Origin: Peribolospora baueri
Taxonomy: Eukaryota
Reading direction: 5' to 3'
Assembly: GCA_029717555.1 (NCBI GenBank)
Contig: JAMDHS010000002.1
Span: 496,001-560,000, forward strand
Length of the DNA stretch: 64,000 nt
Shown: positions 12,550 to 24,781 of the stretch, in pieces
Layout: every line of letters begins with the position of its first letter
How positions within the stretch are numbered: position 1 is the first letter of the stretch
Position numbers and translations under genes: made by a program
The notes under the pieces: generated by a model
What the model saw: only the letters and a program-made list of their open reading frames with translations
Databases searched by the model: none
Told to the model about the DNA's origin: nothing

Positions 12550-13056
12550 CTCATGGAGGGGTACAAGCGAGCTACCCGGGTTCCATCTATGGAAAGGATG
12601 GAGAGACGACCGGAGGCTCCTACTTGGTTGGACCGGCGACGATGGACGAGTTCGAAGAATTTGCCTCTCGCACTGAGGGAAAGTGTTGGGCCCTCGGGTA
12701 CGAAGATGGTAACATCTACGTCTTTGGCGATCCATGCGGTCCACACGCCCGTGTCGCTGCGATTATGAACGACCTCATTCAAGGCCCCATTCTCGGGATG
12801 GCCAAGGCTAGGACCGGAGAAGACCATCTCCCTGAACAGTACATCGTGTACACGCCTGACGCGATGGTGAGGGCTATAAGAAGCGTTAGAGTCAGAGGAC
12901 TTCCTAGCAGGGGAAGGGAAAGGGACGAGGTGCTGTCGGAATTCGAACCGGGAGGCGAGGTTTGCGCCGGTAGGAGATTTGGGGGTCGTCCAAAAAGCCC
13001 GACGTATCTGAGACAGACATGACAAATCGGAAGCCTCTAAGGGGCAGTGAGACATG
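12550..13056 (+). pseudogene. Possible degenerate coding fragment, weakly Uma2/PD-(D/E)XK-like
   Basis: Protein-like peptide WALGYEDGNIYVFGDPCGPHARVAAIMNDLI, a GTGAGG donor at about 12867 and a downstream SSKKPDVS. No complete gene model could be built. Confidence 0.25.
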
Positions 13057-14205
13057 ATGAGGAAGGTCTTGCTTATTGGCAAAACGAAACGCCCGCCCCC
13101 CGAGGTGCTGTGCCGGCTCCCGGTGTGTGGGCCGTTCCCTCCTCGTGTTAAGTGTCCCTTCGAAGCGAAACCACAGATAGTTGGTTGTCTTCGTCGACGA
13201 GTCTGGGGATTAGAGTGAAAGAGCAGTGATCCACCTCACGATGTGGGACGATGGACTCTCTGAGATGAAGCCGCCGGAATGTCTTCTTCCTCGTATTTGG
13301 AGACGAAGCTCAGTTATCCACCCTCAAAAGCAAGACCGATTGCCAACCAAACGAGATCGAAGGACACCCACGCCAACGCCAGACATCCAGAGAGCCCCTG
13401 TGGGTGGCTGAGAGGGTGAACACGCGTCCAGAGAGCGAAATAGAAGTATGGAGTGAAATACAAGATGCCCGCACGGAGAAGAGACGACTCGACGCCTCGG
13501 GGCTCGGTCGCGGGAGAGGACCGTGCTGAGCTAGAAGGTTGTGATACAAAACGGTGTGTGACTGCGGCACTTTAATGCCACCACTTGCGCAAGCTTCGGC
13601 TGGCTCAGCTCTCCCAACCGTCTCCTTCCCGAGTTGGGCATCGGTGGAGGAAGAAAAGGTCGATACGCGGGAGGGCCGAAGTATGTGAAGGCCCTCGAAT
13701 GGAGTTCAACAACTCTTCTCATCTGGCCGCCCTCATCCACACGCTCTCACTTCCTTGCCTCCGCCGCGCTGACTTCGGCGCATCTCTTCCTTTTGTCCGT
13801 ACGTGTCCTCCACCACCTCCAGGAGCACCGCTCCTCCGCCTCCTTCTCCTCCTCTTCGGGAAACAAAGCGCTTGCTCTGGTGCCGAACTTGTGAAGCTAA
13901 TGGCGTTCGGCTCGTTTCGACGGAGCCGCCCACTCGCAAGATCTTGACTGAACGTCGCCTACGAGCAGAATCGCGTCGTGCAAGGCCCGAGGTACCACCC
14001 GAGTCGTTCCTGGCACCTCCTAGGACGTTGTTCACGAGAAGAAACGCACAGCTCCGAGCCTACGATTCGTCGCTCCCCCCTTCGTCAGAGCTTGAATCGG
14101 ATGGACTGGCCCTATCGGTTGATGCAGCATCCGCTCCAAGGGCGGGCCAACTTGAGGAGCGGATTCGGCTCCATGGTGGGACACCACGGTCTCCTAAACG
14201 TCGCT

Positions 14206-15968
14206 TCACTGGGCACGGCCGATCCTTCCGTCCTCCTCCTCCTCCTCCTCCGCATTTTCCTCACTCCCCTCGCTCACCTCCTCGTTCTTATCTTCCTTCT
14301 CCTCGCTCCCCTTGCCTTCCTCTGAGGTGGACGCACTCTCTGCCTGCGAGCCCTGCTCCTCCGCTTGGCCTTCGGGCATCTTGGAGGGCGAAGAACCAGA
14401 GTCGGTCGCAAGCAGGAGACCTTCACGGGATGACTGGCCTTTTTTTACTCTGTTGCGAGTGGGCTTCTTGCGAGACCGATCTCGCTTTGATCCGGGATTC
14501 GGCTCACTCTTATTGTAACTCCTGCGAACAGGGCCAAATGAGTCGTGGTCAGCGGCAAGCTCCCATCAACAAATCTACGAAGCTAGCAAGTCCTTCCTAG
14601 ACTTTTACTTATCGGAGCAAGGACTCACCAGACGGATCCCCCCTCTGCGACCTTCCGGGAGACGAACTCTCGGTTTATTGAGAGAGTGTGTCTGGTGGTG
14701 CTCTTCAAAGCGTCAAGGTCCGCGCTCATTAGGAAAGGCATGAAGGCCTCGAGTTTTTCGAAGATGGTTCCGACGCGAAGGTCCCGTCCCGTCAAAACCT
14801 TTCGAATCGCTTTGGCGTATGTCATCCTTTCCAGCGTGGGCTCAGGCGAGACCGTCACATCGTTTTGAGGGGGCTGCCCTCGCTGTGCTCTGGGCGGTGC
14901 TGCTTGCACCGGCGAGGGTCTGCGTCGCTTCGCAGTTGTTGCCTCATCGGCGGCCCCAGCCGAGGTCTCGCTTGCATTGCTTGTCTCACGCGAGCGTTTT
15001 CTCGTTCGGGGAGGGGACTTCCCTTCACCTTCGCCGGCTCCAGCGTCCAAGTTCGCGGCGTTTGCGCTGTTGCCGACCGATGGGACTGCCTTCATCGACG
15101 TTGATGGAAGGTTCATGGCCTGCGCAGCGATCGACTCCGCCGACGTCGACCCGACCCGTCCTGGACGGAATCCACGGCTGATTGGTGAGAAGGAGCGGGG
15201 GACGGAAGCCAGCTCTAGATGGTGATGCAGAATGTCGAGCGGGTTAACCTCCGATGGCACCGTCCCGCTCTGACCCCACATCCACCTTACGTTCAGGCCA
15301 GGCCTCTTAGGCGCGTGCATCGAGCCCATCATCTCGTTCGCACTTGCCAGAGACGCGAGGATCCCGGTCGACATCAGCGCCGGTCGCATCCGGGGCGCGA
15401 GCAGAGGGAGAAGGCGACTCCTTGCCACTGTGCTCAACGCATGGGTGGTCAACGGTAGAGTTGGAAGTGAAGGAGGCCATGCTGGAGTGGTAGGCGCGGG
15501 GTCCAGCGGCAGCAGCGTGGATGTCCATGGGTCGCCTGGGTCGACTAGCGACGCCAAGGAAGTCGGGTTGGCGTGCGACTCTGGCTCACTTAGGATGGTT
15601 CCAGTCAGGAAATCGACGGTATTGGCACCGCCGGCAGTCGACTCAGGCTGGCCGATGTCCTGCCATCCGTCAACGTGCGCCAATTGGAAGGCATCAGGGG
15701 ACCACAGATCGAAATGGGGAATCATAAACATGTCACCGATTAGGGGTGACGAGGTGGGATGGGGCGTGGTGGAAGTCGACGCGATGGTCGAATTGAGGAC
15801 GGGCGGCGCGACTGCCACATTCGAAGCGAGAGTCGATGTAGCTGGCTCCGTGCTGGCGAGGTCGGCGAAGGCCGAGTCGAAGGGCGGCACCCGGGTGGCA
15901 GGAGTGGACGATGGCATCGTCTCGGAGGAGGCGTTGTTGTCGGTGTCGATATTCGACTTTGCACTCAT
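14206..15968 (-). CDS. Divergent forkhead (winged-helix) domain protein; 2 exons (intron about 14628-14522), acidic C-terminus
   Basis: MTYAKAIRKVL..LRVGTIFEKLEAFMPFL..LKSTTRHTLSINREFVSRKVAEGGSVW/SYN aligns by eye to the forkhead consensus YSY..LI..AI..LTL..IY..I...FPY..WQNSIRHNLSLN.CF.KV...G.YW. The spliced exon 2 stays open to TGA at 14208-14206. Confidence 0.75.
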
Positions 15969-17672
15969 CAAGGAAATCGACGCTGGCGCGTTCAGGACGC
16001 AGGGCGTGCAAAAGCTTCAAGTTTCAGGGCGCGAGCGAAGCTGAACACCGAAGTGTGGAGGGCGTCGCTGATGAAAACTCGTCCTAACGCAGTCGAGGAG
16101 GAGTGTTCAACAAGAGAGATTGAGTGATGAATCGAGAGGGCGGTGGAAGGGCGAACAAGAAAGGCTGGTGAGTGAAAAGGGTGGATGATGGATGCGTGCT
16201 TGACTAAATAGCTCTCGTTGGGGAGGCCCGTGCGGCCTGAGCAGCCCACCCTTCAGGTACAGCTGGACACGACCTTGGCGAGCGATAGCCGATGCGATTC
16301 AACGCTCAAACCACACCGCCTTTCTTCCTCGTCGGCTTCGGTACCGCCCTTCGTCCTCTCTCCATCACTCCCTTCCTTCCTCAACTCCCCGCTGATTCCT
16401 CATGTTCCTCATGCACGACAGATGAAGGCAGCTAAGTTTAACGGGCGACATCTTGAAGAGTGCGAGGGCAACCGCAACCGCTTCTCTCAGCGCACACCGG
16501 CGTCGACGACCAATGCGCCAATGCGCCAAGCTTCGCTCGAACCCTCGCGCGACTTCCTTTGCTACTTTGCTACTCTCGCGCCATCTTTGCTCCCCTACCC
16601 AGTCTCCTCACACTGCTGCAGCTGCCCCTATTCCATCCTTGGCGGACAAGGGTCTGACCAGGACCGTCAGCAGCGAAATGCGACTTCATGTCTCGTACGG
16701 GATCTCCCCCTTCCCTAGCCGTCGTTTCCCTTTTCGCCCCGTCCCCCGCCGATCGTGCAGTCGACTTCTCGTCTTGCTCTCTTTGGACCATGCTCGTCTG
16801 CTCTGGATGGTCGTGTATGGGACGCTTCTCCTGCCAGAAAGCGGTGTTGAATGCCCTTTTCCAACAACACCCCCTCCGGCATGTAGAGCCGAGCTCGGAA
16901 CGGCTCCCGCCGCGCGAGTCGCTCGTTCAGGGGTAGTAGGAAATGCCAGCGAGCGGGCTGCAGCCTCGGGTCATGCTCAACCAAAGTGTAACAGGAACAT
17001 GTGCTCTTCCCGTCCAGCTTCGATTTTACTGAAAAAAGGGGACAGACGGACGGTGCCGGGCGCGTTTTCCGGCCGAAAAGTGGAACGCCCGCACTTTGTA
17101 CCTACCGCAGCCACCGCTACCTGCATCCACTTACATCACAGTGAGGGAGGGGTCCATGCACTAACCTCGGGGCGGCGAGGCTCGCTCAAAGAGACCTCGG
17201 ACGACGGACAGCGGAAGTCCATTGCACGACGGACAGACAAACAGCCTTTGTACCACGCATGCGCGCACCTATCTGTCGCACAACCCTTGTACCGGTACAG
17301 CCAATGCATATAGATCCTACACGAGCGAGGGAGACAAAGGAACGGGGACGTAAGGGACCGGGGATAAGGAAGGGGAGGGAAATGGAGGGGAGGACAAAAG
17401 GACTCCAAAAAAGAAGGAAGGAAGGAAGAAAGAAAGAAAGAAAGGACGACAGTGGGCGGAAGTGAGATAAAGACAGGATGTGCGCGAAAGAAGGAGTAGG
17501 AAGAAAAGAAAGCAGTATCGAGCGGTTCCGCACCGTCCTTACTACAACGACGACGAATGAGAAAAAAAAAAGAGTCCGGCAATTAAATAGTGGGAAGGAA
17601 GGAGTACATAGTAGTAAGGTGCGATATCGAACAAGACGGACTGAGCTCAGACCGACCGGCAGACCCGCCCGC

Positions 17673-17724
17673 CCATCCATCCGTCCATCCATCCATCCAT
17701 CCATCCATCCATCCATCCATCCAT
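17673..17724. repeat. (CCAT)n microsatellite in the probable 3' UTR of the Zn2Cys6 TF
   Basis: Directly visible tetranucleotide run. Confidence 0.95.
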
Positions 17725-17766
17725 CAGACGACCACCGCAAGGCTGCCTGCCAGTCCAAACGAATCA

Positions 17767-20700
17767 CTACAGCGCGCCGAACACCTGTCCTCCACCGTTC
17801 AGCGCCGATGAAACCGCGGTTGGAGGAAGCGATAACGCGCCCTGTCCGTGCCCTTGCCCATGCGCATGCCCGGACAAAGGGGCGTAAGAGCCTCCCCCTT
17901 CTCCATGTCCATGTCCATGCACGTGTCCACCCATCGACATGACTTCGGCTGAAGAGTCGTCCCTGATGCTCGACAAGAGCGACCAGAATTCGACGTCGTT
18001 CGCAGGCCCCGGACCAGCCGTCCCTCCTCCGTGTCCACCTAAACCGCCGTCGTTCGTCGTATGGTGATGATCCGAGGCGACGAGCGAGTAGGGAGGGTGC
18101 ATGTGGGCGCTGCAGGCGTTCTCGTTCAGTGGCGGCCCTGCACCTTGTGTCGGCGGCCCCGGTGGCACCGATAATCCATGCTGCCGCCCCGCCAGAGCGT
18201 GCCGCTGCGACTCCAAGATGACCTGGGAGGAGAAGGCCTGGCGATGAGGATGAGAGCTTGGAGCGGCCCCAAAGGGGTGCGTGTGCGCGGGAACGTGGAT
18301 CGCGCCGGGCGGCGGCGGCTGCTGCTGCGACGCTGGTACCTGCAGTGGCTGACCAGCGTCGGCCGCCGAGGAAACATAGCCTTGGTGCGCCCCTGGGTCC
18401 GAGGAGGTCGGTCCTGCCGAAGAAACAGGAGGGGGAGGAAGCTGAGGCATGGGCTGCATCTGCCGTGGCTGGACGGAAGCAGAGCCCATGAAGGCGGCGG
18501 GCTCGAGGGGAATGGCCGGGGAAGAGGGGCCCTGTATGACGGACTCCAGGTGCCACCAGGACGCAGGCACGCTCAAGGCTTCCGTCTTGATCGTCTCTCC
18601 TCCCGAGCTGCCATCACCTTCGCCTCCGAAAGGGTTGTGCCCCGCGGCGGCCGCACCGCCGGCGGCAACGTCGAACACGGAGACGGCCTCGGCCTGCTGC
18701 TGCTCGGTGACGAGGTGTGGAGCGTAGGTGCCGCGCAGGAGCTGCTCCCTCATCCGCGCCATCCTCGATTCCTCCTCGACGTCCTCCCCGGCCTCTGTCC
18801 TCATCCGCCTCTTCACTCCGCCTTTCTTTCGCGAAATGAGCTCCTCCAACATGCCTTGCAGGACCTGGGCGCCGTTGCGTGCCACCTTCGAGTCTCGCAC
18901 GAGCGATAGCTCGTACACCGCCTCGCGGCATTCGAGGATGCGCTCCTCCGTCTCTCGCGTCGGCTGGACGTGATCCTCACCGGCGTGAATGGACTCATCG
19001 GCGTGCAAGAGGTCGAGAATGAGCGTCGAGGTGGCGGAGAAGAGATAGAGGTGGGAAAGCCACCACTTGCGCTCCGGCCGGTCTTCCCCCGCTGCCGTTC
19101 GCGTCGTTTTCATGGCCCGGATGATGACGCGGGCCGACTCGACACACGTCTCTTTGCTCTGCCTGTATCGTGCGTCGCGGTAGCTGCGCGCCAAGTACGG
19201 ACGGTGGATCTGCCGGACGTTATACAACAAAAGAGTCAGTCGATCCCACCCGAACGTATTACCCGATCACGTCCCCCCCTCTCGCCACGAGCCCAAAGGC
19301 TCACCTTGATCAGAACGTAACGAGTGAAGACGGCGGCATGACACTTCCACAACTTCAGCATCGGCTGTTGTCGGATCGCCTGCTCCGCCTCGGCCGGAGG
19401 CTGGTCCAGCCGGAGGCAAGCGGGCGTCTCGTCGATAATGCGCCTCATTTCGGCATCCGTCTCCTGGATGAGGTGGTACGGCGGCGCCGCCTTACCGTAG
19501 TTCGCCTTCATGATGTCGTTGAAGCGGCGGACGACCTGCACAGTGGGAATGCTGACGAAGGTGTCCAGACATAGTTCCGTCGGCACCTCGCGCGGATGGC
19601 CAGTCTGAGGAGACGGCTGGCCCTCCACAAAGTCAGAGTCGCTTAGGTTAGCTGGCGGGTCGGTGGAGAAGATATCGTGTACCAAGTAGGTCGCATCGGC
19701 GCTCTTCGAAGCGGTGTACCTGCGTTAGGGATTAGCGGGGGGTGTGTGTGCAAAGGAGGAGGCAGGAAGACAGTTGAACACGCCATCGCCCGAACCGAGT
19801 GACCGCAACGGGCAAGCAGGTCATGTGTTGACCGCTGAAAAACCCACCAATCCGAGAGGACAAGCCTCCACCAAGCGCGCCTCGCCTCCTCCACTTCAAT
19901 GAAACTGAGCTGCCTGTTGGAGTGGCCGACCAACTGCTTCTCGTAGCGACCCTGCCTCGACATTGGTGGCAGGCGGTGAAAGCCGTTCTGGATGCAGATT
20001 CGGATGCCGAGGGCAAGTAGCAGCTGCGCTTCTTCGCCTCCGCTGAAATGTCGGAAAAGGAACCGGCGAACGGTGAGCACCAAAAAATGCGCCAATAAAC
20101 AATGTAGATCAAGCTTGGAAAACTCACGCCTGATTCTGCAACCACTGGATGCTGAAGCAGATAGCCTTGACGGTATCCAACCCGTTCGTAACGAACGGGT
20201 TGCTGCGCCACAAAGCCCTCTGGCCGGCGATAAACCAAGTGCGGCTGAGCTGCCCCATGTCCGGTCCCTCTCCCGGGCCTGCGCCACCACTGGCGGCTCT
20301 CAGACCAGCGAGGGCGTCTGCGTCTGCGGGAACGGTGAAGTACGCGCCTAGGGCTAGGCCGAGGAAGATCTGGGCGAGGAAACAGGGATCGACCTCAAGG
20401 TACGACGTGGACTTGCGAGAGAACACGGTCCAGAACTCGTCGTACTGGGAAGGAACGGGTCATGAGGCGTGCATGAAAACGAAACGATAATCTTGATCAG
20501 TCCCTGGCCCATTGAGCGAGCGATCCTAGAAGCCGCGAAGCGAACGAGCGCGACATGGCCCGCCGCGCCCCGCCGCTCGGCTACTCACCCGCTTGCGGAA
20601 ACTGGGGATGTGGATGATGTGCAACAGGAGGCCGAGGATGTGGCAAAACCTGTCGATCAGAAAGTCGCACTCGTGCTTGGGCGGCAAAGTGGCGAGGAGC

Positions 20701-22443
20701 TGTCGGAGTGGAGTGCCGTCGTCGACCAGCGGAAGGGGACAGAGGAAGAGGTTGGCGAGGGGCTGAGAATCGGCCGCGGTCGCCGATCCCGACTCGGAGA
20801 TGGGACTGCGCTCCATCGGCGCCGCGAGCGAAGAAGTGTCGTCCCGTATCTTCGTCGATGCGAAGCGTCAAGTTGTGTATTCGAGGTGAACGGAAGGAGA
20901 CGACGTCAGCGGCTTCCCTTCGCCTAAAGTTAAATTTAGGGGTCCCAGGCGGACCACCGCTGCTCCACTCACGTTGCTAGCGATCTGCATGCATTTCAAG
21001 TTGGTCCTTGACGACCCCTTCCTCAGGCGACCATCGAATCCAGTCCTGCGTCCGATCGTCATGGCGTCCAACGCCATGGCAAAGTCGCCCTCGTTGTCGC
21101 TAGAACCGCTGTCGTCATCTGCCCGCGCCTCCTTCTTCAAGATCCACGGATTGGCAAGACGCATACCGTCCGCGTAACGTCCACCCCTTCCTACTCCCAG
21201 GCCGTCCGCATAACTCGGAGCCTCTGCGGTCGACATGGACCAAGGCAGTTGTGGCAAGCCTTGGGAGGCGTTGTAAGGCGCGAAGGGCCTAGGAAACCGG
21301 GCCGAGGATGGGGAATCATCCGACGTGAAGCCAAAGGAGTAGGGATGAGAGGCCACAGAGGGCGAAGCGAGAGTCGTGTCAGAGAGGGTGGACATGGATG
21401 TGTTGGAGGCAGAGGGTGGAGGGCAAGCCAGCGAACTTGACCCCGGCATGGAAAGAGGCGGGTATCCTCCCAGCAGCGCAGCCATCCTCGCTCGCTCGGC
21501 GTTCAGCTCTGCCTCGAGATCGCCCACGCGTATGCGCAGTGAAGCCAGCTCATTGGCCATTGCGGACGCCCTGAGATGAACGGGCGAGCGATGCATGAGG
21601 ACACAAGGATGGTGAATGAAGCCTTCTTACGGCGGGACGAGTTGGTCAAGACGCGCGCTTACCTTTCCGCCTGGATCTTTCCTTTCCCTTCCTCCCACCT
21701 GCATTTCTCCGCGATTCCTCGTTGCTTGCACGATGTGCACGGGTAGAGGCGGTCGCACTGCTCGTCATAAAAAAAAGCGGGGAGGAGTCGTCAGATGTGA
21801 AGAAGGGAGATCCACGCCGGGCAGACCGGACGGTCTCCGCAGCGCACCTTGATTTTCCGGGCTTTGCATTCGGTACAACTGGAGCGACCGAGATGGGCAG
21901 AAAGAAGTGAGCGACGGTGAGCGACGTCCCGTTCCTCTCCGTCCCACCGGAAGGGGTCTAAGCTCACCTCAAAGTGGGCCTATTCCGTGTGCGCTTCGAC
22001 TTGGCGGCGCTGTCCTTTCCATTCCCTTCCGCCTCCGTCTTTGTCTTTCCATCCTCGGCAAAGTCCTTGCCGTCCCCCTCTTTGCCGCCCTTGTCCTTGT
22101 CCGATCCCTCGTCCGACTCGCCCTTGAGCCCGGCCGACTCGGTGTGTGGTGACGCGGAGCTGGAAAACGAGCGCGCGCCGCCCGAGCTGCTTCCCACTTC
22201 CGCCGCATCCGCCCCGTTACCTTCTTCAAGGCCAGGCAGAGTCGACAAGATTGGCTTGGGGGCCTTGGCCTTGGCGAGCGGCGGAAGTGGGGCCGTCTTG
22301 GCGGGGAAAGGATCGCCGGTGGCGCGTATGCGCGTATGGGATCGCTGCCGCCGGACAGAGGGTTCGTGGAGGTCGTTCTGAAAACGCTCCGAGTTGGCAA
22401 CGATCCAGAGCGAGGCGTCGCCCTCGAAGGAGAGGGAGGACAT
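17767..22443 (-). CDS. Zn(II)2Cys6 transcription factor with fungal-specific TF (middle homology) domain, multi-exon
   Basis: Spliced KRTRNRPTLS/CTECKARKIK/CDRLYPCTSCKQRGIAEKC. Middle region LPPKHECDFLIDRF, LHIIHIPSF, QNGFHRL, EEARRAWWRLVLSDW, TDPPANLSD, IHRPYL. The start codon is uncertain. Confidence 0.92.
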
Positions 22444-22564
22444 GGTGGTGGTGGCGGGACGGTGGACGTCGCGCGAGGGCGGCGGGGACGGTCGGTCGGG
22501 TCGGTGGTGAGCTTATTGGTGCCTGCGTTTGGAAAACAAACCCGCGAGGACGGCGCTCGCTCGG

Positions 22565-22603
<39 letters not shown>

Positions 22604-24193
22604 TGTCAGCGGAGGCGGCAGCGGCAGCGGCGGTGGCGACGGCGATGGTGACGTTGCTCTCTTGTTTGCGCTCGTCCGCCGTCAAGTTCGAGTCGGCGGA
22701 GCGGAGTGGTGTGGGACGGGGAGGAGGCGGCGGCGGCGGGATGACCACGCGCATCGGCCGAAGTGGCGGACCTATTGTATTATACTCGAGTATACTATAC
22801 TCGGTACTCGCTACTCGAGCCAATAATTCACCGACCTCCGCGGGCGGTGTAATCACGAAGTCGGCGTGGGTAAGCAAAAGTAAATAACTCGCCACTTACT
22901 CTCCTTTACACTTAAGGTCAGTCGGACTAGTCGCCCCGTCGTAGGCTGAGAAATAGGCTTCCATTCCATGTCACGCACGCGTCCGACCTCGACGCCGGTG
23001 TCGTGTCGTCGTCGGGCAAGCGTCCGCGTCCTCGGGAGCCGGGTCGGTCGGGCGGACGGGCGCCTTGTCGGACCTGCGTCTACGTCTACGTCTGCCCAGC
23101 TTCCCGGGAGGATCACCTCCACGCTCCCAACGGCGGCGGATCCAGCCGCGCACCTGACTGAGCCTGCGCTTCCAAGGACACGCACATGTATCGTACCGTA
23201 CCGACTTGCGGACAGCTCAGTCGCTTCGTCGATGAATCGATGTGGGAAGCAAGGATGGGATCGAGGGCGCGAGGCACGCAAAGCCGTCTTCTGCCCCGAA
23301 GGGCTCCCCTTGGCCCCATGTCTGACGGGCACTCAGCGTACCCCAAGGCAGGCGGCCCTCCTGGCTGTCGCGAGACTTCGAGACACCGTCCCTCTCGCGC
23401 GGATCCTGAGGTGATCGAGCTTCGAAGGAGGGACAGCCATTCATTTCCTCGCTCGCATCACGACAAAGGCATCGGCGCCGCGCCTGCGCCCTGCACGCTC
23501 ATGTACTCGCGACGGCGTCAAGCAATTCTTTCTCTTCCTCTCGCAAGGCCACTTTCACCACGCGATCGTTGAGCAAGGCGCTGCCTTCGAGGAGGCTTTA
23601 GACTCGATGGGCATTCGCATCCGTCCTCAGCGTTGACATATCCCCCCTCGATCGCGGCCACCCAGAACCACCATCGTCCTCCTTGGCCCTCGCCTTCGGC
23701 CCCCGCGGAACGACCGCGTGCTCTCGACTCGTGTCCCCCACTTGCATCACCCTCTCGCGGCCCCCCGGTACGACACGTACATCGCCGCGACGGCCGCTGC
23801 GCTAAGCAAGGATAGCAGCGCTCTCGGGCGCGCCCTGCCAGACCGACGTCGATCCACCAGGACCATGGCCATGGATGGAAGGCTCGCCAGCCAGCCAGCG
23901 GCAACCACGTGCTTATCGGCGCCAGCGAGCCAGCCAGGGACGACATCGTACCAGGCGTGTGCGACGGGTGCCCTGTCTGAACGAGGGCGACGCGCAACCG
24001 TCGTCGAGGCGTGAGACGAGAAGAGGGCGGACGCACATCGGGCTGGAAGGCATGGCGGACGACATTTGCCTGTGAACGTCACCGCCAGCTGGACAGAGGG
24101 GCAAAATCCGGTGCGTAAGCTCAGCTTCCGCTCTACTTGCTGCGCAAAGGGGTCGAGATGTCGGATGAAGAAGAGAGGAAACAGGGTGGGCGA

Positions 24194-24277
24194 GGTGAGC
24201 GAGGTGAGCAAGGTGAGCGAGGTGAGCGAGGGTGAGCACAGGTGAGCACAGGATGAACGAGGTGAGCGACGGTGAGC
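24194..24277. repeat. Array of GGTGAGC heptamers with 9-10 bp period
   Basis: Exact copies at 24194, 24203, 24212, 24221, 24231, 24241, 24261 and 24271, with a degenerate copy at 24251. Confidence 0.9.
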
Positions 24278-24781
24278 AGCACACGCCATCTTAATGCGAG
24301 GAAGCAATCTTTATAAAATGGGGCCGAGATGAAGGTCGGCCTGGAGGAACGTCTGTCTGCCTGTAGGGCCGCGCGTCGTGTGGTACGGACGGGGTGAGTT
24401 AAGCTGTCCAAGGCCCACAGCTTCCAAAACTTGAGCGTGTCCCCTAAGTGCTGTCGACGGATGATGAGCAGATGTCATCCCACGGTCGGTGATCCTGAAA
24501 ACCGTTAGGAACGCTCGACTTGGGCTCGACGCACGGATTCTTCGAGCCCGTGCCCATGCGCCCGACTGACTGCGGCAACAGGACTTGGAAGGCGTCGAGG
24601 GGGTACGGATATGGGACATGATGGCATCGGGCATCATTCGCACACACACATTTCGACCGTTCCCCTAGGCTGCCTCAAAGGAGAACGGCGAGTGAGGAAA
24701 ACCGACGAGGACGAGGACGAGGACAGTGTTTGCTTGCTTGCTTGCTCTCGCACGTCCGACTTGTGGCCCGACGGATGGCAG

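Noticed and set aside
13600..14600. ORFs of 100-265 aa downstream of or overlapping the forkhead gene
   Set aside because: No recognisable domain or consistent splice model; partly antisense to forkhead exon 2.
16218..17313. Overlapping plus-strand ORFs of 166 and 286 aa
   Set aside because: No motifs; expected by chance in GC-rich intergenic/UTR sequence.
21969..22895. 308-aa minus ORF with poly-A, poly-V and poly-P
   Set aside because: Explained by (GAC/GGC)n triplet repeats and out-of-frame overlap with the TF's first exon.
24194..24277. CRISPR-like interpretation of the short repeat array
   Set aside because: Units are 7 bp with 2-3 bp spacers, the context is eukaryotic, and there are no cas genes.
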